Below are positions 24,702 to 31,599 of a stretch of DNA of 31,599 nt, in pieces (the first letter of the stretch is position 1; every line of letters begins with the position of its first letter). This DNA comes from Candidatus Zixiibacteriota bacterium (GTDB lineage Bacteria; Zixibacteria; MSB-5A5; CAIYYT01), in assembly GCA_040235515.1 (NCBI GenBank), contig JBECKX010000003.1:1-31599 (forward strand). The letters are read 5' to 3'. The translations under genes were made by a program, and so were the position numbers. The notes below the pieces were generated by a model. It was given only the letters and a program-made list of their open reading frames with translations, was not told where the DNA came from and made no database searches.

Positions 24702-25799
24702 TCAGAATCCAAAGACCGTGATTTCGCTGCGCGCCGACTCTGCGATGTAAATATGGCGCGCTTCCTGATCAACGGCGATCGCCAGCGGCTGTTCCAGGCT
24801 GCGATCTTGCGGGTATACCAGCTTCAACCGACCAGCAAGATCATAGACGAATACCTTGCCGCTTACCTGATCAAGCAGATGGATTCGCATCACCGGCTCT
24901 GGATCAGGATACTGTTCCGACTTGATGGCATGATCAACGGCCAGGAACTGGACAGGATGCCGCAGTTTCGTGTGAGTTGGCTTCTCCAGCTCGATAATCT
25001 GGTTTCCCTCCAGCTTGACCGCTTTGCCGGCGGTTGCCCCGAGCCAGAGGCTGCTGTCCGGAGCTACGAAAGCGCAGGTTGTTCGCGCCGAGTCGGGCTT
25101 AAATGGGGATGGAGTAACCTTGAGCAGTTCGAGGAATTTGTGATAGGGCGCATCATTGAGTAGCGAGACGGAAACGATGTAGTTGGTCACTTCGTCCACG
25201 ACGGTGATCGCCTCCGGTGTGACACTGATATGTGACGGTGTCACTCGCGCACTGCGCCCCGGATACCAGGCCACGGATGCGACGTAATATCCCTCGTGGT
25301 CATAGATACCGATCAGCTCGTTTGTCTGGTCCGCAGCAACGAAGAAGGAGTCGGTGACCGCTATCTGAGCCGGGACCAGCGTGTCAGGTCGTTGCAGCCG
25401 CCAGTTGGCGATCAGGGCGAGGTCGGAATTGTAGAGTTGGACAATTGGCTGCTCGATAAAGCTGACGTAGAGTGTCCCGGAGAAAAACGCCAGCGAACGA
25501 GGTGTCAGGTCCTCACCGGCGTAGCGAATCGGAAAACCGGTAATCTCGGTCGGCGGGCGATCGGGGGGAAGCGGCAGGTGGTCGACGATTTCGCGCGCCA
25601 CCAGACCCCGCAGCTTGAAGCGATACACCCCATAGCCCACGGCAGAGAGGACAAGAATAAGCAGCAGGAATCCTATCAACTGCCGGCGCCGCAGGATCTT
25701 CCGATGCTGCTTTCTCTGGAGTTGAATTTCCGGCAGTGCGTCGAAATCGTTTTCCACACTGCTCTTATTCGCTTTCAGCTTTTCTATTGTTGCACTCAT
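24702..25799 (-). CDS. Membrane-anchored NHL-like beta-propeller protein
   Basis: Basic stretch plus one TM helix, then repeats such as PRSLAF..LYVS, PAQIAV..FVAAD and EQPLAIAVDQEARHIYIAES. Confidence 0.7.
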   Translation of the reverse strand: MSATIEKLKANKSSVENDFDALPEIQLQRKQHRKILRRRQLIGFLLLILVLSAVGYGVYRFKLRGLVAREIVDHLPLPPDRPPTEITGFPIRYAGEDLTPRSLAFFSGTLYVSFIEQPIVQLYNSDLALIANWRLQRPDTLVPAQIAVTDSFFVAADQTNELIGIYDHEGYYVASVAWYPGRSARVTPSHISVTPEAITVVDEVTNYIVSVSLLNDAPYHKFLELLKVTPSPFKPDSARTTCAFVAPDSSLWLGATAGKAVKLEGNQIIELEKPTHTKLRHPVQFLAVDHAIKSEQYPDPEPVMRIHLLDQVSGKVFVYDLAGRLKLVYPQDRSLEQPLAIAVDQEARHIYIAESARSEITVFGF

Positions 25800-25897
25800 T
25801 TCATAGATCTTGGTTTGCGACTCATTTTCGCCTCATTTATCAGGTATCGGACAGGATGGTTTCGACCTGAACCACTCGTGACCTCCGGGCTGGAAGG

Positions 25898-25926
25898 TGA
25901 AACATTGGGGCGGGCAGGGCAGTCTT
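25898..25926 (+). promoter_or_regulatory. Candidate envelope-stress ECF promoter upstream of the pspC-like gene
   Basis: TGAAAC-N17-AGTCTT resembles the SigW/SigM-type TGAAAC-N16-CGTC but is one base longer; about 45 nt before the start. Confidence 0.45.
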
Positions 25927-25969
25927 ATAGTATGGAATATAGCAACCTGCCAGAGAGGAGGTTATTGCT

Positions 25970-26401
25970 GTGACAAATGACTCTAAGAAATTGTATCGCT
26001 CCGACCGGAGCAAGGTGATCGCCGGCGTCTGCGGGGGAATCGGCGAATATTTCGGCATCGACCCGGTAATAGTCCGGATAGTTGCCATCGTGCTGGTCTT
26101 CGCCAAAGGAATTGGCCTGATCGCCTATGCCGCCGGCTGGATTCTGATTCCGCGAACGCCTCCGGGTCTGGTGCAGGAAGGCGAGCAGCGCCCCGAGCCC
26201 TCAGAAATGCGGAAATATATCCCGGGTTTGCTGCTGATTATCGTCGGGCTGGCGTTTCTGCTCAATAAAGTCTTCTGGTGGTTCAGCTGGGGCGTCTTCT
26301 GGCCGCTGATTATAATCGCTATCGGGGCTGCCATGATCTGGCGCAGCAGCACTCACCGCGAGGAAGCTAACGGAGGGGCACATGAATCCGTCGAGAGTTA
26401 A
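25970..26401 (+). CDS. pspC: PspC-domain membrane protein with C-terminal LiaF/DUF5668-like TM hairpin
   Basis: KKLYRSDRSKVIAGVCGGIGEYFGIDPVIVR..YAAGWILIP is the PspC signature, followed by GLLLIIVGLAFLL..FWPLIIIAIG. GTG start with GGAGG RBS. Confidence 0.92.
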   Translation: MTNDSKKLYRSDRSKVIAGVCGGIGEYFGIDPVIVRIVAIVLVFAKGIGLIAYAAGWILIPRTPPGLVQEGEQRPEPSEMRKYIPGLLLIIVGLAFLLNKVFWWFSWGVFWPLIIIAIGAAMIWRSSTHREEANGGAHESVES

Positions 26402-27296
26402 CTGGGGGGTCGTGTTCATCCTGATAGGTTGCACATTCCTGGCAACCAATCTGGACTACGTCAGCGATTGGGTCTGGTGGGACCTGCTTCACTTCTGGCC
26501 GGTGCTCCTGATTGCGATTGGTATCGATCTGGTCTTCCGCAAATCGAAGCTCAAGGCTCTCAGCTATATCTCAACACTCCTGATCGTCGCGACTTTCGCT
26601 TACGTCATCTGGCTCAATGGCGGTATTCGCGGTCTGGAGGATCATACCTGGATCCATCAGGGTAAATCGGTGGCGGCGGTTGACTATGACGGCCAAACCT
26701 CCGCAGATGTAGCCTTCAAACTGGATGATGGCCGGGTCTACTACAACTCCGGCAATGATGCCTTGATACGAGTGGTCTCGCGTGACCGCAGTGGCGGAAT
26801 CGGGCTCGAATCAGACTGCAACGGTTCGCAGTGCAAGGTGACCGTCACAGAACAGGAACGCCACTGGCTGGCGAGACTCGCGCGTGACTACGATCGTTAT
26901 GATGACCGGGATTGGCGCTGTTACCTGAATCCGCGCACCGACTATTCGCTGACCTTTGACCTCGACAACACGGAGATCAGGTTCTTTGCCGAGGATCTCT
27001 TCGTCAAGTCGATGCGAATCGACGCCGACTACTCTGACATTCGTCTCAAATTCGGTACGCGCCAGCCGCTGACACAGATCGATATCCGCGGGCGAACTAA
27101 TGATGTTGAGTTTTTCTTCCCGCAGTCGGCAGGACTGAGGCTCGCAGGTATTCATCTCAACCCGGATGCAATGCACGATCTGGGGGTCGTTGAAGAAGGC
27201 AATGCTCTTGTGTCAGACAACTACCACACGGCATCCACCAAGTTTGAGGTGGTATCGCAACTCGACAACAGTGACGTGGTAATCAAGAGATTCTGA
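26382..27296 (+). CDS. LiaF/DUF5668-like membrane protein with C-terminal beta-rich (toast-rack-like) domain
   Basis: WGVVFILIG..FLATN..FWPVLLIAIGIDL N-terminal TM region, then a beta-rich extracytoplasmic domain. Overlaps pspC; GGAGG RBS. Confidence 0.8.
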   Translation: MNPSRVNWGVVFILIGCTFLATNLDYVSDWVWWDLLHFWPVLLIAIGIDLVFRKSKLKALSYISTLLIVATFAYVIWLNGGIRGLEDHTWIHQGKSVAAVDYDGQTSADVAFKLDDGRVYYNSGNDALIRVVSRDRSGGIGLESDCNGSQCKVTVTEQERHWLARLARDYDRYDDRDWRCYLNPRTDYSLTFDLDNTEIRFFAEDLFVKSMRIDADYSDIRLKFGTRQPLTQIDIRGRTNDVEFFFPQSAGLRLAGIHLNPDAMHDLGVVEEGNALVSDNYHTASTKFEVVSQLDNSDVVIKRF

Positions 27297-27314
27297 GGAG
27301 TGTGGACGTTATCG

Positions 27315-27662
27315 GGGCGAATGGCATTCGCCCACTCGTACAGACAAAACTGAACCCGTATCGTCGGATACTCCATCCGACCAAGCGACGCGGCGTAAGG
27401 ACGGGACTCCCGACGCCGCGTTTTTTTATGTAATACTCTGCTACTAGTAAGCTGCCCCACCCAGCGGGTGGGTTCGTTTGGTCTCTGCTACTATGCCAGC
27501 CCACCATGAATGGTGGGCCACCGATCGAGGAGATAGCATACGCGTTAGAATCGGGCAGGCGAGGCCGGCTGCCGTGCTCATGCAATGATTTCTGAAAATT
27601 CTTTTCAGGAGTTGATTCCCGCTGGCGCGGGAATGACGAGCAATGCTCTCAAACCCTGAGAG
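27315..27662. repeat. Cluster of REP-like palindromes in a convergent intergenic region
   Basis: Hairpins at 27315-27333, 27363-27381, 27456-27472, 27499-27518, 27592-27608, 27615-27634 (ATTCCC-N8-GGGAAT) and 27646-27662. Direct repeat CTCTGCTACTA at 27436 and 27483. Confidence 0.65.
27387..27427 (+). terminator. Rho-independent terminator of the pspC/liaF-like operon
   Basis: ACGCGGCGT / ACGCCGCGT stem with a 16-nt loop, running into a T7 tract. Confidence 0.7.
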
Positions 27663-27670
27663 GGCTTGAG

Positions 27671-29041
27671 CTACACCGCAAACTTGCGAATCGCTCCATC
27701 ACCTCTATGTGAATTCGAAAGCGCAGTTCCAATCAAGGTATTCGGCGTGACCTCTTCAACCTTGACCTTGATGAAATCCCCCGGCCGGGAACCGTTGTCG
27801 GGGAAAACCACGATCTTGTTGCCGTCGTTGCGCCCCATCAATTGCCCCTTATGCTTGGCCTCACCCTCGACCAGTATCTCGAAAGTCTCGCCGAGGTGAA
27901 GTTGATTGCGTTCATACGAAATCTTCCTCTGCTGATCGACGAGCCGCACCATCCGCTCGGTCTTGACTTCCTCCGGCACGGTATCGCCCAGGTTGCGTTG
28001 AGCGAGCGTACCCTTGCGTTCCGAGTACTTGAACATGAACGCGGAATCGAATTTGACCTCCGCCATTACCTCAAGTGTCTCCTCGAATTCGGCATCCGTT
28101 TCGGTCGGGAAACCCACGATCACATCGGTTGTCAGAATCAACCCCGGGATCGTCTCACGCATACGATGCGCCAGCGTCACGAACTCCTCGCGGGTGTAGG
28201 TCCGATTCATGGCGTCCAGCACGCGGCTCGAACCCGCTTGCAGCGGCAGATGAATATTGCTGCATGCCTTCGGGTTGGTAGCGACGACCTCCAGCAGCGA
28301 TTCCGGAAAGTCCTTCGGGTGTGGTGATGTAAACCTGATCCGCTCGATTCCATCGATTCGGCTCACGGCGGTGATCAGCTTGGCAAAATCGAAGCCCTTG
28401 AACTTGTACGAGTTTACATTCTGTCCCAGCAGCGTCACCTGTTTGAACCCCTGCGCCGCCAGTTGTTTGACCTCGTCGATCACATTGAAGGGGTCACGAC
28501 TCCGCTCACGCCCGCGCGTCATCGGCACAACACAGAAGGTGCAGTAGTTGTCGCAGCCACGCATGACGGCGATCCAGGCATTGATGCCATGCCGGTTGGT
28601 GGGGAAAACATCGGCATAGGTCTCATACTCGGAGAGCGTGAGCTTGAACTCTTTTTCGCCGGTCAGGTGCACCCGGTCGATCATCACCGGCAATGCCTTG
28701 TATGAATCAGGTCCCGCGATCATATCGACGCCGCTGTCGCCCTCGAGCAACTCCTTCTTGAGGTTCTGCGCCATACAGCCGAGGATTCCCACGATCAAAT
28801 CCTTCCGCGTCTTCTTGAGAGGCAGCAGTTGTTTGACGCGGTTATGAATCTTCTGGTGGGCGTTCTCCCGGATCGCACAGGTATTGAGCAGAATGACATC
28901 CGCGTCCTCCTGTGACTCGGTGATGTGGTAGTCGTTGCGACGCAGCACCTCGCGAACGATTTCGCTGTCATATTCGTTCATCTGACAGCCATAGGTCTCA
29001 AGGTAGACTTTGCGGTTATGGGAGTTACTCTGACCGTTCAT
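27671..29041 (-). CDS. miaB: tRNA-2-methylthio-N6-dimethylallyladenosine synthase MiaB (radical SAM methylthiotransferase)
   Basis: UPF0004 Cys motifs TYGCQMNEYDS, NTCAIRENA and GCMAQ. Radical-SAM GCDNYCTFC, LLGQNVNSY, RFTSPHP and a C-terminal TRAM domain. ATG 29041 is preferred over 29119. Confidence 0.97.
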   Translation of the reverse strand: MNGQSNSHNRKVYLETYGCQMNEYDSEIVREVLRRNDYHITESQEDADVILLNTCAIRENAHQKIHNRVKQLLPLKKTRKDLIVGILGCMAQNLKKELLEGDSGVDMIAGPDSYKALPVMIDRVHLTGEKEFKLTLSEYETYADVFPTNRHGINAWIAVMRGCDNYCTFCVVPMTRGRERSRDPFNVIDEVKQLAAQGFKQVTLLGQNVNSYKFKGFDFAKLITAVSRIDGIERIRFTSPHPKDFPESLLEVVATNPKACSNIHLPLQAGSSRVLDAMNRTYTREEFVTLAHRMRETIPGLILTTDVIVGFPTETDAEFEETLEVMAEVKFDSAFMFKYSERKGTLAQRNLGDTVPEEVKTERMVRLVDQQRKISYERNQLHLGETFEILVEGEAKHKGQLMGRNDGNKIVVFPDNGSRPGDFIKVKVEEVTPNTLIGTALSNSHRGDGAIRKFAV

Positions 29042-29297
29042 AAGATTCCGAAATCCAATGTACTCGAATTGTCCTGACACTTGCAGGTAGCCATTCTTTG
29101 CGCGCGAATAAATCCGCATCTGACCCGCCTGAGCGCGAGGACCAAGCCTCCCTCTTCAGAGGGGTGGTCCCGCCTGCTCCGCCTCAGCGGAAGTGTCGAG
29201 ATCGGGGCGTGCTAATAATCAGTTGCTGCCTCCGGCGTAGTCTGCACCGAAGAAAGCTACATCCCGATCAAGGTGTCAATATACCGATAATCTTCAA

Positions 29298-29624
29298 TCA
29301 GTCAATGAAATGGCGGGCTATCAGGTAGGGGATGATGATATAGAGAATCGTATCGCGAATCAGGTAGTAGAGAATCACTGCGACCAGCAATTTCCAGCCA
29401 TAACGTTTGGCGAGGTGGGTGATGCGAGCCTTTAACTTGCCCCAGCGCCCGAGTCCTTCGGTGCCGGGTAACGGCTCCCGCAGATCCTTCTTAAATCGCC
29501 GGACGACCGCCCGGAATCCACGAACCTCCTGCTCTGGTTTCTCCTGCTCGACCTGCTCTATCTGGATCTCTTCCTCAAAATCACTCTCGACTGCCGCGTA
29601 TTCGTTACTCTGCGAAGACCTCAT
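29298..29624 (-). CDS. Small hypothetical membrane protein
   Basis: Acidic N-terminus, basic amphipathic middle and hydrophobic C-terminus (YGWKLLVAVILYYLIRDTILYIIIPYLI). GGAG RBS inside the upstream gene. Confidence 0.75.
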   Translation of the reverse strand: MRSSQSNEYAAVESDFEEEIQIEQVEQEKPEQEVRGFRAVVRRFKKDLREPLPGTEGLGRWGKLKARITHLAKRYGWKLLVAVILYYLIRDTILYIIIPYLIARHFID

Positions 29625-29910
29625 ATTTCTCCACTTTAGAAGTCAGCACCAACTTGCCATTGTTATCTTTGAACTCGCCGACGCGCTGATGCCCTTCGCG
29701 GTATTCCTCGCTGCCAACCCAACCATCGAAAGCCGCTTCGCTCTCCCAGTGGGTCATTACGATGTACTCGTTTCCTGAGGTAGGTCTCAGAATCTCGGCC
29801 TTTACAAAGCCGGGGCGGCGATCCACCGCTCGGGCGCGTGCGGCAAACATCTGCTCGAATTTCTCCCGGTAATCATCCGGTACCGTCATTCTATTCATCA
29901 TCACAAACAT
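29605..29910 (-). CDS. ABM-family monooxygenase, IsdG/HmoA-like putative heme-degrading enzyme
   Basis: MFVMMNR..FEQMF..R...PGF..LRP..YIVMTHWESEAAFDGWVGSEEYREGH keeps residues equivalent to the IsdG Asn, Trp and His. AGGAG RBS. Confidence 0.88.
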   Translation of the reverse strand: MFVMMNRMTVPDDYREKFEQMFAARARAVDRRPGFVKAEILRPTSGNEYIVMTHWESEAAFDGWVGSEEYREGHQRVGEFKDNNGKLVLTSKVEKYEVFAE

Positions 29911-29961
29911 CTATAGCTCCTCTGATTAACATCCACTAACGTTCTCAGTTCCCCCAATTTA

Positions 29962-29984
29962 ATCCTGACTGAGTTGGTCAAGAT
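29962..29984. promoter_or_regulatory. IscR/Rrf2-type operator palindrome
   Basis: Minus strand ATCTTGACC-AACTC-AGTCAGGAT (7 of 9 positions symmetric) resembles the IscR type-1 box YYGACT-N5-AGTCRR. Overlaps the -10 and the predicted TSS. Confidence 0.65.
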
Positions 29985-30007
29985 AAACGGGCGCGCCTTT
30001 CTGTCAA
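29980..30007 (-). promoter_or_regulatory. Sigma70-type promoter for the ABM operon
   Basis: Minus strand TTGACA-N16-TATCTT. Confidence 0.7.
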
Positions 30008-30086
30008 GCGGAAAAGGTGGAGAATGTAGGTGTTTTATTGCTCGGTTGGGTCAGGACAGGGGATAGCGGCTACCGGTGAGAGTTTG

Positions 30087-30653
30087 CTACGATTTGGCCC
30101 GGATGAAAGTCTCAGTTCTGCCATCCGCAAGTGTACGAGTCCAGATTTGGTAGCCCTTGTCGCGAAACTTCACGATCAGAGGTTCCGGTGTGAAGGAAGA
30201 GACCAGCTTGATGATGTCGGCGTCTCCACTGTTCTGCAGGATCCTGCCGATACTCTCAAGTGGGTGGACTCCTGCATCAAGCATCTGGTCAACATCGAGA
30301 ACACTCACAACCTTAGATTCTCGAAACCACTCTGGCTCGGCGACTTTTTCTTCCTCAGATCCCGGCAGCGGCTCCGACACTTCAAGTCCCAGGTCTGAGC
30401 GCAATTTCGAAACGAGCTCGGCGACCGGAATCCTGCCAATGGTGGCGACTTGACGCAGCGTGGCGACCCTGGCGATACTTCGCCTCAACAAGGGATTCTT
30501 CAGCTTCGAGAACGCGGGGGAATATTGAATCAGGATATCCTCCAGCGCGGGATGTGCTTCAAGCAGGTCGATCAATTTCGTTTCGGGTGATATCACCATA
30601 CGCTTGACGGCGCCGTTCTCTCCGATGCTTTGCTTCTGGCCTAATTCGCTCAT
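30087..30653 (-). CDS. DUF1858-domain protein with C-terminal DUF2249-like domain
   Basis: ISPETKLIDLLEAHPALEDIL..F.KLKNPLLRRSIARVATLRQVA (DUF1858-like), then LDVDQMLDAGVHPL..SSFTPEPLI. 4-nt overlap with the upstream gene. Confidence 0.8.
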   Translation of the reverse strand: MSELGQKQSIGENGAVKRMVISPETKLIDLLEAHPALEDILIQYSPAFSKLKNPLLRRSIARVATLRQVATIGRIPVAELVSKLRSDLGLEVSEPLPGSEEEKVAEPEWFRESKVVSVLDVDQMLDAGVHPLESIGRILQNSGDADIIKLVSSFTPEPLIVKFRDKGYQIWTRTLADGRTETFIRAKS

Positions 30654-31599
30654 ACCTCAAACTCCTCTTTGACGTAAGAGAGCAGACGCTGCTCTCCCAC
30701 CAGCTTCCTTTTCTCGGTCAGGTCCTGGCTGACTTCCAGGGTGCCGAGGTATTGCCCCTCACGATCACGCAGGGCAAAATACTCGATATGAATAAAGCGG
30801 TCCTGCAGTTGGATCCAGAACGGTGCTCGCGACTGCGTACCAGCTTTGAAGTCGCGCAGTATCTGCTCGACGATATGCACACTCTTGGGAGGATGGCACA
30901 TCTGTACCTTGCGCCCGAGGATGGCACGGTTGCGGTCGAAAATTCGCTCGCGACCCTGCGTGAAATAGCGAACCGTGTCATCTTTGTCGACGAAGGTCAG
31001 ATCGAAGGGAATGGTATTCAGGATCTGATTCAATTCCTCTACCGTAAGGCTGCCGGATGGCAATTGGATTCGCTCGGCACCATGTGCGTGTTGCTCGGTA
31101 GCGCTCCCGGTCGCAGCCAGGCTTGCATCGGAGGGTCGCCATTCGTCGGTGGGATCGAAGAGACAGAAGCCGATCTCGATGCTCTGCTGATTGATCGAGT
31201 GCCATTCCGCATCAGTCAGCTTGTCGAGCGCCATCGGCAGCAGGATGTTTTCTTCTTTGAAGATCATCTCCTCAATGGCTTTTGCGGTCGGTTTGAAAAC
31301 GACCTCTTTCAGATCGTCGAATTCATCCTGCGGGAACCGCTCCAGATCACTCAGCGCTGCGATTGACGCCTTCAACAGTTCGCGAATTTCATCATGCTTG
31401 CCCCACATCACAGTTGAAGGGCCGGTCACGCCATAACTTTCCAGTGCTGGAAAGAGCAGGTTTTCTTTCCGCCGATAATGCTTTTCTACATCCGCCAGCG
31501 CGTGGATATGCTTCTGCAGGGTGGAGAGGAGTATTCTGAATTCGTCAGTCGATTTTGCCGCATCCAGTTCCTCCAGTAGCCGGGTGAGCCCCTGAAGTT
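30650..31599 (-). CDS. DUF438 / hemerythrin-like + PAS domain protein, 5'-truncated by the window edge
   Basis: Frame is open to the window end (LQGLTRLL..EKHYRRKENLLFPALESYGVTGPSTVMWGKHDEIR..MIFKEENILLP). C-terminal PAS region PFDLTFVDKDDTVRYF..GRKVQMCHPPKS..YLGTLEVSQD. Confidence 0.9.
   Translation of the reverse strand, partial: LQGLTRLLEELDAAKSTDEFRILLSTLQKHIHALADVEKHYRRKENLLFPALESYGVTGPSTVMWGKHDEIRELLKASIAALSDLERFPQDEFDDLKEVVFKPTAKAIEEMIFKEENILLPMALDKLTDAEWHSINQQSIEIGFCLFDPTDEWRPSDASLAATGSATEQHAHGAERIQLPSGSLTVEELNQILNTIPFDLTFVDKDDTVRYFTQGRERIFDRNRAILGRKVQMCHPPKSVHIVEQILRDFKAGTQSRAPFWIQLQDRFIHIEYFALRDREGQYLGTLEVSQDLTEKRKLVGEQRLLSYVKEEFEV

Noticed and set aside
27297..27670. CRISPR array or IS element in the hairpin-rich intergenic region
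   Set aside because: The hairpins differ in sequence, there is no constant repeat-spacer period, and there is no cas or transposase ORF.
29126..29266. Glycine riboswitch upstream of miaB (GCCGGAGGCAGCAA and CGCTCAGG on the minus strand)
   Set aside because: The GGAGAG element is missing, the two motifs are about 90 nt apart, there is no second aptamer, and the downstream gene is unrelated to glycine. Kept only as an unexplained structure.

Overview
A GC-rich bacterial chromosomal segment, probably from Zixibacteria or a related FCB-group lineage; this is inferred only from the style of its Cys-flanked dockerin-like modules. It has about 27 protein genes and one tRNA-Asn(GTT), with no CRISPR array, integrase or transposase. 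Left to right: (1) a proteolytic signalling locus made of a truncated zf-HC2 anti-sigma-like gene, a TPR-CHAT caspase-like protease and a secreted S8 subtilase-dockerin. It is followed by secreted or surface proteins (a DUF5666-like lipoprotein, a dockerin-YVTN propeller and a cupredoxin-CHRD-half-dockerin), two of which share an upstream TGTACG-N17-RCTC motif that looks like an ECF-sigma promoter. (2) A seven-gene run of a helical lipoprotein, two active L,D-transpeptidases, a Cys-less L,D-transpeptidase-like protein, a split RLAN / RimK ATP-grasp pair and a GNAT acetyltransferase. (3) A serine hydrolase, ZIP transporter, Nudix hydrolase, TPR lipoprotein, tRNA-Asn with a structured leader and an FHA-GGDEF cyclase. 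(4) A TldD/TldE pair carrying signal peptides, a membrane-anchored propeller, a pspC/liaF-like pair and a REP-like hairpin cluster. (5) miaB, a small membrane protein, an IsdG-like monooxygenase under an IscR/Rrf2-type palindrome, and DUF1858 and DUF438-hemerythrin-PAS genes. The best candidates for undescribed systems are (1) and (2). All calls come from reading motifs by eye; no database searches or folding programs were run.
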